This document shows, piece by piece, positions 50,833-58,112 of a stretch of DNA of 64,000 nt. The position numbers and the translations under genes were made by a program. Numbering within the stretch: the stretch's first letter is position 1; each line of letters begins with the position of its first letter. This DNA is from Bdellovibrionales bacterium (GTDB lineage Bacteria > Bdellovibrionota > Bdellovibrionia > Bdellovibrionales > UBA1609): NCBI GenBank assembly GCA_013216195.1, contig JABSOQ010000003.1:38419-102418 (forward strand), written 5' to 3'. A model generated the notes under the pieces. The model saw only the letters and a list, made by a program, of their open reading frames with translations, did not search any database and was not told where the DNA came from.

Positions 50833-52392
50833 ATGTATTTCTTTGCTCACAGTCGTTTATCGACTGTCGTAACGACCATAACAGTAGGTATTCTTTTAGT
50901 CGGGTTTCAGAATTGCGGACAAATGAACGCGATAAGCCCTCAAGCTACACAAGAAAAAAGCTCTTCTACCAATATAGTGAGAATTTCGAAAGCAACCAGT
51001 GCTCAGAGAGGCGACACTGTAAATCTAGAAGTGACCGGTGGAGATCTCGCTTCGAATGGGATAATCAACCAATCAGGTATGTCAGTGCGTTGGTTTTACC
51101 AACCAACTCTAGATGACGAGAGAACGGCTTTATCAAATGCTAGCATGACTCACACGATTCAGTTTATGGAGGCTACAGATGCAGGCCTCTACAGTGCTGT
51201 CGTTGAAGCCAATGAAGGTACAGTAGAAGTTGCCTTTCAAGTCGCATTTCTCGAGCCTGTTGAGCCTCCTGTAGAAACACCACTAGGTACTTACAATGGC
51301 TACTTTTTAGATTTATCTGGCGCAGAGTCACGATTCATTCAAACACAAAACATCTCTAGACCTGCAGCCTTAGAGAATTGTCAGCAGAACTCTGATTTAA
51401 ACCCAACTAAAGGTATCTACTGTACCTGGAACCAAGAAGAGATCTTCAGGCGTGCCGCTCCTCAACCAGCTCTCGGCACATATGAAGGTTTTATGGGTAA
51501 TTCGCTTGCTACTGTATCTCGTTTCATCAGAACAGAGAATATTTCACAGGCAGATGCATTGGCTAATTGTCAGCTGAATGCCAACAACAACCCGAGCAGA
51601 GCTGTTCGATGCAACTGGAACGGCGATTTACTTTGGGAGCGCGAAGGGCCTAACCCTGCTGCGACTTATGAAGGCTTTATGGGTGACTCTCTCGCCACGG
51701 TTTCAAGATTCATTCGTACAGAAAATATTACTCAAGCAGATGCACTCGCGAACTGTGAGCTGAACGCTGGCAATAACCCTACTAAGGCTGTGCGCTGTAT
51801 GTGGAACAACGATCAAATTTTTGAGCGTGAAGCACCTGGCCCATTGGCTGCATACGAGGGTTTCATGGGCAACTCAATGAACAGTTTGTCCCGATTCATT
51901 CGTACAGCAAGCATTACCAGAGCGGACGCCCTGGCGAACTGTCAGTTAAACGCAAGAAACAACCCAACAAAGGCCATTCGTTGTAACTGGAACGAAGATC
52001 TTCTTTGGGAGAGAGATAACGCTCAATCATCAAATGCTGACGGCACTTATCGAGGCTTTATGGGTGATACTGTTGAAGAATCATCTCGCTTCATCCTGAC
52101 ACGAAACATTTCGCGCGCAGATGCCTTGGCAAACTGTAAGCGAAATGGAGAAAACAACCCTGCGCGAGCTATTCGCTGCACCTTCAATGGCGTTGAAATC
52201 TATAAGCGAGAGGCTCTTGGCACCTATAGAGGCTACATGGGTAACAAGATACAAAATGTCAGGCGCTTTATCTTAACCCGCAAGATTACGAGACGGGCGG
52301 CCTTACAGAACTGCAGACTGAATGCACGTAACAACCCAAACAAGGCTGTGCGATGCACTTGGAATGGTTCTCAAATTTTTAGAAGGCCATAA
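50833..52392 (+). CDS. Secreted protein: signal/lipoprotein-like N-terminus, Ig-like domain, and six tandem ~60-aa two-cysteine modules of unknown family
   Basis: 519 aa. The hydrophobic N-terminus ends ...LLVGFQNCGQ. Residues ~45-140 show an Ig I-set-like pattern (GDTVNLEVTGG...VRWFY...DAGLYSAVVEANEGTVEVAFQV). Residues 151-519 are six repeats with consensus GTYxGFMG..(5)..SRFIxTxNIsxADALANCxLNAxNNPxKAVRCxWNG..(3-4)..ER. Confidence 0.8.
   Translation: MYFFAHSRLSTVVTTITVGILLVGFQNCGQMNAISPQATQEKSSSTNIVRISKATSAQRGDTVNLEVTGGDLASNGIINQSGMSVRWFYQPTLDDERTALSNASMTHTIQFMEATDAGLYSAVVEANEGTVEVAFQVAFLEPVEPPVETPLGTYNGYFLDLSGAESRFIQTQNISRPAALENCQQNSDLNPTKGIYCTWNQEEIFRRAAPQPALGTYEGFMGNSLATVSRFIRTENISQADALANCQLNANNNPSRAVRCNWNGDLLWEREGPNPAATYEGFMGDSLATVSRFIRTENITQADALANCELNAGNNPTKAVRCMWNNDQIFEREAPGPLAAYEGFMGNSMNSLSRFIRTASITRADALANCQLNARNNPTKAIRCNWNEDLLWERDNAQSSNADGTYRGFMGDTVEESSRFILTRNISRADALANCKRNGENNPARAIRCTFNGVEIYKREALGTYRGYMGNKIQNVRRFILTRKITRRAALQNCRLNARNNPNKAVRCTWNGSQIFRRP
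51283..52389 (+). repeat. Six in-frame tandem coding repeats (63, 63, 62, 65, 58 and 58 codons)
   Basis: Repeat boundaries were derived from the translation. Protein identity between units is high, while many synonymous codon positions differ between units. Confidence 0.85.
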
Positions 52393-52424
52393 TCAGCTAA
52401 CATTGAACTAGAAAAGTATTCCTT

Positions 52425-52466
52425 AAAAGCCTCGAGAGTCAGGATGTCCTTGAGGCTTTTTCTTTT
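52425..52466 (+). terminator. Rho-independent terminator after the repeat-protein gene
   Basis: AAAAGCCTC (52425-52433) pairs with GAGGCTTTT (52452-52460). An inner AGGA/TCCT stem is present. TTTTTCTTTT follows. Confidence 0.7.
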
Positions 52467-52644
52467 GTACCTTGAAGCTCACTCTGCAAAGAACTCAGGG
52501 CTCTCAACCATTGCTATAAACCATTGATAATAATCAATTTTTCCGCCCATTAGTTCTGTCTAAGTATCATCCAAGCCTGAAATTTGGTGCTATTTTGGTC
52601 ACGCCAGTTCTAGGTTATGGTGAGGCAATCAAGGAGGCCGAAAG

Positions 52645-53103
52645 ATGAAATCTTTAATGCTCATTATTGCTGTTGTGTTTTCTAGCTACAGCCATTCGTC
52701 TCAAATGGTTTTAACAGAGTACCGGGTGAACCCAGATAGTGAGCGATGCCTTCCCACCGAGTTTATTTTTTTATACATAACTCCAGACGACAGCACATTT
52801 GAGCTTCATAGCCGAGTCGGTGAGACAATAGTCACTTACCCAGACTACACCTTTAATAGAATCAACGAGGGAGAATTCGAGACTCAGGTGGCTTCATCAA
52901 CTGGTGAGTCACTAACAGTTACTGAAAACAACACCTATGTTTTCGATGAGAGCGGATCAAAGTTTGTTAGCTCAAGAATGCTTTATGGCGATCTCTATCA
53001 GAGCGTGATCATGGAGTTTGAGGGCGATAGCCTCACTCTGAAGTTAGGCGGCAACTCAGTCGAAGACCGAAGTTGCAGCTACACTGCAACTCCACAAGAC
53101 TGA
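52645..53103 (+). CDS. Small secreted protein, unknown function
   Basis: 152 aa. Signal peptide MKSLMLIIAVVFSSYSHS. The mature part is beta-rich with two Cys residues. An AAGGAGG SD lies upstream. Confidence 0.55.
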   Translation: MKSLMLIIAVVFSSYSHSSQMVLTEYRVNPDSERCLPTEFIFLYITPDDSTFELHSRVGETIVTYPDYTFNRINEGEFETQVASSTGESLTVTENNTYVFDESGSKFVSSRMLYGDLYQSVIMEFEGDSLTLKLGGNSVEDRSCSYTATPQD

Positions 53104-53122
53104 TTTAATGTAAAGATTTGAT

Positions 53123-55153
53123 TTACTGCGTGGTCGATGAGCCATCTGAGTTTTTGTCGCTACCTTTTTGATCAGTAGGGAACAACTCTTCCATTGGGTA
53201 TTTGTCGATACGTGTGATTTGGTTTTTGTGCACGGTCAAAGTGACTAGAGGTCGCAAAATCTCTCTTTGATTTGTCATTTGAAGTAATCCCGTAGAGCCC
53301 TGAAAGCTTGATTTGTCGGCTAAGTCGCGAGCCAGACCTAATCTCGAGTTAGAGCCCGAGGCTACTGATTGACGAATCATCAAACCGGCATCATAGGCTT
53401 GAGCTTCGAAAAGCCCTGGTTCTTCACCAAATACTGCCACGTAATCTCTAAAGAATTGCGATTTTCTGAAGTTCTCGTCAGAGGTGAGAATCGAGTCGAC
53501 AAAGATGGCATCCTCAACATGTCGTTTACCCAGCCTGATAAGCTTAGATGTATTCCATAGATTTGTGCCTAGAAGTTTGACTCCCGAGATATCGTGGTAA
53601 GCTAGAGTCGGAGCAATTTGACCCATGGCGCTTGCGCTGTCGGGCACGAAGATCGCATCGAAATCTACGATGGGCGGTAGTAAATCTTCGGGAGGCGATT
53701 GCCTGCCTCTAAGAGACTTTCTTTCTTTGTACCAATCTCTCAGTAAGCCTCGATACTCTTGTTCACGATCTTCGAGAAAAAAAGTTCCGACAAGTCGTTG
53801 AATTGGTGGCGAGTAGCTCTTGGTTTTTGGCTCATAAGACTGAGCGCCCTTGATCTCTCCACCCCGGGCCAGAACGGCATCCCAAAACAAATTCGCATAT
53901 TCAACGCCATAGGCATCGTTAGGGTAGAGAATGGCAAACCTTTTCAACCCAAGATCATTCATAGCAACTCTTACCAACTGTTGAACTTGCATTGAGCTTG
54001 TAATTGAATTTCTGAAAACACCCTCACCAATATCTGTGATTCCACTCTTTTGCGATAGTGCAATGGTAGGCACTCCAAGCTCTTCGGCTTTTGAAGCAAC
54101 AGCCACAGAGGTTCGGCTCAAAAGGCTTCCGACGATAGCAATGATGTGGTCTTCGGTGACAAGCCTCTCAACTGCTCTTCTGGCTATGTCAGCATTGCCT
54201 TCGCTATCTACGACGGCCAACTCGAAATTAGATTTGTTCTGGCCATAAATTCCCAGGCCTAACTGCAAACCGCGTAGTGAGCGGTAAGCGACCTTTGAGT
54301 GCCTGCCAGACAGAGGCAGTACCGAACCGATCGTTTTTGGGCTGACCTTTCTTCGTGCTTCGATTTGTTCGATTCGCTCTCTTGCCACTTCTGCAAGTCT
54401 GCTATCAGGCAACTCAGAGACTACATCTTGGTAGTACTCTCTGGCCCTACGAAAGTCTTTTTGTTCAAACTTCAAGGTAGCCAGTCGAAAGCTCACGTAC
54501 GGCAATAAAAAGCCATCTTCTTCATTTAAAATTCTCATGAGTTGTCTTTCACTTAACTGCGACTCAGTGAATTCAACAACTCTCAGTTTGTAAGCTCTTT
54601 TTTTCTTTGGGTCTTTTTCAAGCTTAGCCATCTGAATCAAAGATGAATAAGCAGCGAATTTGTCACCAAGCTGGGTTTGTACCGCATAAGACAGCTTGTA
54701 ATTCTTCAACTTCAGAGTCGGGCTGATCCCATCAATCTTGATACTCTTTTGAGAGAGGGCTAGGGCTTCATCGAACCTTCCTAGTTTATGCAAAGAGCCT
54801 GCAGCTAAAAACAAAGCCTGAGCCTCATTCGGGCTAAAAATATCTGAATCAACGATTCCCATGAAGGCTTTGTAGGCTTGTTTGTACTGAGCTCTTTCAT
54901 AGTAATAGTTACCAGCAATCATAAGGGCATCGTCTGCGGCATCTGAATCAGGATTTTCTTTAACGATTCTTTGAACCTTAGATAACGCCTGCTCAAACCG
55001 TTTAGCTTTCATGTCGTCTTTGACCTGCTCGAGCAGAGCCTTCTCCTGTGGCGTTGACGGTAGAGGTTCTCTCTTTTTAGCTGTAAAGGCACAAGATGAG
55101 ATGGTGATTAAGCAAATTGCGATACAGATTTGACGAAACAAGAATGAAGTCAT
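53123..55153 (-). CDS. Lipoprotein with N-terminal TPR domain and C-terminal type-I periplasmic-binding-protein fold (LivK/LpoA-like architecture)
   Basis: 676 aa. Lipobox ITISSCAF. TPR-like repeats cover residues ~40-290. The C-terminal half resembles Leu/Ile/Val-binding-protein-type domains (IGSVLPLSG...ELAVVDSEGN...IIAIVGSLLS...VPTIAL). Confidence 0.65.
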   Translation of the reverse strand: MTSFLFRQICIAICLITISSCAFTAKKREPLPSTPQEKALLEQVKDDMKAKRFEQALSKVQRIVKENPDSDAADDALMIAGNYYYERAQYKQAYKAFMGIVDSDIFSPNEAQALFLAAGSLHKLGRFDEALALSQKSIKIDGISPTLKLKNYKLSYAVQTQLGDKFAAYSSLIQMAKLEKDPKKKRAYKLRVVEFTESQLSERQLMRILNEEDGFLLPYVSFRLATLKFEQKDFRRAREYYQDVVSELPDSRLAEVARERIEQIEARRKVSPKTIGSVLPLSGRHSKVAYRSLRGLQLGLGIYGQNKSNFELAVVDSEGNADIARRAVERLVTEDHIIAIVGSLLSRTSVAVASKAEELGVPTIALSQKSGITDIGEGVFRNSITSSMQVQQLVRVAMNDLGLKRFAILYPNDAYGVEYANLFWDAVLARGGEIKGAQSYEPKTKSYSPPIQRLVGTFFLEDREQEYRGLLRDWYKERKSLRGRQSPPEDLLPPIVDFDAIFVPDSASAMGQIAPTLAYHDISGVKLLGTNLWNTSKLIRLGKRHVEDAIFVDSILTSDENFRKSQFFRDYVAVFGEEPGLFEAQAYDAGLMIRQSVASGSNSRLGLARDLADKSSFQGSTGLLQMTNQREILRPLVTLTVHKNQITRIDKYPMEELFPTDQKGSDKNSDGSSTTQ

Positions 55154-55186
55154 GTCACCTCTAGAGGTTGTAAGGCTAACTATCTG

Positions 55187-56209
55187 TTAGCTTTTTCTCG
55201 ACCGAAACAGATCAGTCATTTTCTTTTGAAATTCAGACACCATAGGCGACGAACCGATCGAAGTCTTGAGTTTCTGAATCACTTCCAATTGATCTTGGGT
55301 CAATTTCTTTGGAACATCAATGACCACTTTCACTAGCATGTCCCCTGAGCCATAGCCCCCGATATCAGGAAAGCCCTTAGACTTTAGTCTAAATACCTGA
55401 TTGGGCTGAGTGCCCGCAGGAATGTTCAACGTGGCTTTGCCGGACAGGGTTGGTATCTCCATCTTGGTGCCAACAATGGCATCGACGAAAGAGACTGGCA
55501 GTTCAAGCAGAACGTCTTTGTCACGCCTGCGAAACAGAGGGTGCTCTTGAAAGTTGATAATGACAAAAAGGTCACCAGGTGAAGAGCCTCCTGGGCCTGT
55601 ATCACCCTCACCGCGGAGTTTGAGTCTTTGACCAGCCTTCACTCCGGCAGGCACGCTAATACTTAGCTTTGCAGTCTCCTCTTTGGCTCCTTTTTTTCGA
55701 ATAAACGAAATGACCTTTTCGCAGCCTGTGAATGCTTCTTCAAGCGCAATACTTAACGAGTACCTTAAGTCGGCACCCTTTGATGGCCTTTGCCGCGGCC
55801 TTTGTTGTCTCTGGCCAGCTCCGGCGGGGCCAGCAGCTCCACCAGTAAACATATCACTGAAGAAATCGCTGAAGATATCTTGAAATGAATCTGGGCCCAT
55901 GTCGCCAGCACCACCAGGGTTGCCGCCAAAGCCTCCAAAACCAGAGAAACCATCGAAGGGGTTAGCGCCGGCTCCAGCACCAGCAGCAGCAGCAGCATGA
56001 CCAAACTGGTCGTACATTTGCTTCTTTTTAGGGTCTCTTAATACTTCGTAAGCTTCGCTGGCTTCTTTGAACTTATCTTCTGCGGCTTTGTCTCCGGGGT
56101 TCTTATCTGGGTGAAACTTCATAGCAAGCTTGCGATAAGCCTTTTTGATTTCATCGACCGAAGCATTTCTATGCACACCTAGAACTGAGTAATAATCCCG
56201 TTTACTCAC
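55187..56209 (-). CDS. J-domain co-chaperone, class II (CbpA-like; no zinc-finger domain)
   Basis: J domain [36 protein letters not shown], followed by a G/F-rich region and then two C-terminal beta domains. No CxxCxGxG repeats are present. Confidence 0.85.
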   Translation of the reverse strand: MSKRDYYSVLGVHRNASVDEIKKAYRKLAMKFHPDKNPGDKAAEDKFKEASEAYEVLRDPKKKQMYDQFGHAAAAAGAGAGANPFDGFSGFGGFGGNPGGAGDMGPDSFQDIFSDFFSDMFTGGAAGPAGAGQRQQRPRQRPSKGADLRYSLSIALEEAFTGCEKVISFIRKKGAKEETAKLSISVPAGVKAGQRLKLRGEGDTGPGGSSPGDLFVIINFQEHPLFRRRDKDVLLELPVSFVDAIVGTKMEIPTLSGKATLNIPAGTQPNQVFRLKSKGFPDIGGYGSGDMLVKVVIDVPKKLTQDQLEVIQKLKTSIGSSPMVSEFQKKMTDLFRSRKS

Positions 56210-56221
56210 AGGTCACCTTCC

Positions 56222-56809
56222 TCAATTGCCACCATCGCCAGGGCCCATGGTCTCATCTTCGCTGCCAGCAGCAGGCTCTTTCGCGACAACGACCTGGGCA
56301 GGTCTGATTAACTTATCGTGAAGCCTGTAAGCCTTTTTAAAGACTCTGAAGACATGGCCGGCACCGACTTCAGCAGTTTCTTCGCTGCTGAGAGCCTCAT
56401 GCTCATTCGGGTCAAAAGGTAGGCCTTGAGGGTTCGAAGTCGAAACCCCAAACTTTGCAAGTAGGCTAAGCAGTTCTGCATGAATCATCTGCATGCCTTT
56501 TGAGTAGCTTTCAAAATTATCGGCGTTTGGTGCGACACCGAGTGCTCTTTCAAAGTTATCAATGACCTCTAGAACCTCTCGAATTAGGCGCTCATTGCCG
56601 TATTTAACCAACTGAGAGCGCTCTTTGATTGCGTTCTTCTTGTAGTTGTCAAATTCAGCGGCTAGGTAGAGATAGTCTTTCTTATATTTCTCAATATCTT
56701 CGAGAGTGGTCGTGATCGTGTTGTCATCACGATTATCTAAGGTGTCATCGCTTGAAGAGGATTCTTCTCCCACAATCTCAATCTCATCATCGTCGTGAAT
56801 ATCACTCAT
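56222..56809 (-). CDS. grpE: Nucleotide exchange factor GrpE
   Basis: Acidic N-terminus, a coiled coil (YLYLAAEFDNYKKNAIKE), and the C-terminal beta domain (FDPNEHEALS...V...GYRLHDKLIRPAQVVV). The start is placed at the ATG at 56809, with a GGAGG SD. The ORF-track extension to 56911 is rejected. Confidence 0.9.
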   Translation of the reverse strand: MSDIHDDDEIEIVGEESSSSDDTLDNRDDNTITTTLEDIEKYKKDYLYLAAEFDNYKKNAIKERSQLVKYGNERLIREVLEVIDNFERALGVAPNADNFESYSKGMQMIHAELLSLLAKFGVSTSNPQGLPFDPNEHEALSSEETAEVGAGHVFRVFKKAYRLHDKLIRPAQVVVAKEPAAGSEDETMGPGDGGN

Positions 56810-56928
56810 TTTAAACCTCCTCAAAACTCCACTAAGTATGTGTCTATTGGCCGAATTGTCAATTCGAGCAGGCCTAACATAGGGGGCAAATTTGAATGAA
56901 AATCTTGTCACTAGATTAGAGCTTAGAC

Positions 56929-58095
56929 TCAGAAATCTGAGGGGCCAAAAGTGAGCTCCTCAAACACCTGATTGCTCAATAAGAGCCCCTCAGGGCTCAG
57001 AGACCAGTTGTTTTGGCTCGATTTAACTAACCAGCCCTTGGTAACTAAAGAATTGAGTCTTGAGGCGGCTTCTGACGCGGCAAGACCATCAAAAAGCTCG
57101 TTCAACAAGCGCTCGGGCAGTCCGCTTAGAGTTCGCAAGTGCATATGGCAAATGTCTGTGAGGCTTTCATGCATCTTTAAAACTTCGACTTGCTCATCTG
57201 GCAAGCCCTCTTCGGGACTTCCTGTGGCTGCGTTGCTGACCTGTTCCTCATAAGCTGGAAATGTTTTTGGGTTCCAAAAACGAGTGCCCCATTTCGACGA
57301 TTTCAAGTAGGAGTGCGCACTTAAACCTAATCCCCAAAAATCAGTATTGTCCCAGTAAGACATATTGTGCCGAGATTCGAAGCCAGGCTGGCAGAAGTTT
57401 GAGATCTCATATCGTTCAAAGCCACTTAGCCCTAGATGTGATTCGATGAGTTCAAACATAGAAACCTGCTCATTTTCAGGTGGGCGGCCCTTACTCATTG
57501 GGTGGCCAGTGGGTACGGTCAAATAGTAGGCACTCAAGTGCTTCGGTTGAAAATCAACCAATTCATTTAAATCTTGCTCTAGCTGAGCCAGTTTTTGCCC
57601 GGGAAGGGCGAACAAAAGATCAAAGGTGTAATTGAGACCCCTTTTTTGTAGTAGTGATAGCGTCTCTCGAGTCTGTGCTGCTGTGTGTTCTCTTCCGCAC
57701 ATTTTGAGAAGGTCATCATTAAAGGTCTGAGCTCCAACGCTGAACCTGTTAATGCCGTTCTGTATGTAGGTATCTAGAGAACTTTCGCTTACCGTTGCTG
57801 GGTTGATCTCAATTGTAACTTCTGTGCTTTGGTCTATTTCAAAACCCAGGGTGGCAACTTCCTTAAGAATCGATACAATAAGTGAAGGCTTAATCAGGCT
57901 TGGCGTTCCACCGCCGAAATAGATCGAGCGAAGCTTGCGACCTGCCACGCCATGATGCCTTTGCCTCATTTCCATCAGGAGAAGTTTTACGTAGTCTTCT
58001 GGGGGCATGATCAATGACTGTTCAAATGTTGTGAAATCGCAGTAGTGGCATCTTTGAATGCAGTAGGGAATATGCACGTAGAGCGACAAAGCCAT
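56929..58095 (-). CDS. hemW: Radical SAM heme chaperone HemW (HemN-like, oxygen-independent coproporphyrinogen oxidase family)
   Basis: LYVHIPYCIQRCHYCDF carries the CxxxCxxC cluster motif, followed by GGGTPS. Length is 388 aa. Confidence 0.85.
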   Translation of the reverse strand: MALSLYVHIPYCIQRCHYCDFTTFEQSLIMPPEDYVKLLLMEMRQRHHGVAGRKLRSIYFGGGTPSLIKPSLIVSILKEVATLGFEIDQSTEVTIEINPATVSESSLDTYIQNGINRFSVGAQTFNDDLLKMCGREHTAAQTRETLSLLQKRGLNYTFDLLFALPGQKLAQLEQDLNELVDFQPKHLSAYYLTVPTGHPMSKGRPPENEQVSMFELIESHLGLSGFERYEISNFCQPGFESRHNMSYWDNTDFWGLGLSAHSYLKSSKWGTRFWNPKTFPAYEEQVSNAATGSPEEGLPDEQVEVLKMHESLTDICHMHLRTLSGLPERLLNELFDGLAASEAASRLNSLVTKGWLVKSSQNNWSLSPEGLLLSNQVFEELTFGPSDF

Positions 58096-58112
58096 ATGGG
58101 AGACAAACTACA

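Noticed and set aside
56810-56928. A search for CIRCE or sigma32/sigma70 promoter elements upstream of grpE.
   Set aside because: Only a CCCCCTAT string without a proper CTTGAA -35, and a TTGACA with a poor -10 (TACTTA), were found. No TTAGCACTC-N9-GAGTGCTAA-like repeat is present. This is not convincing.
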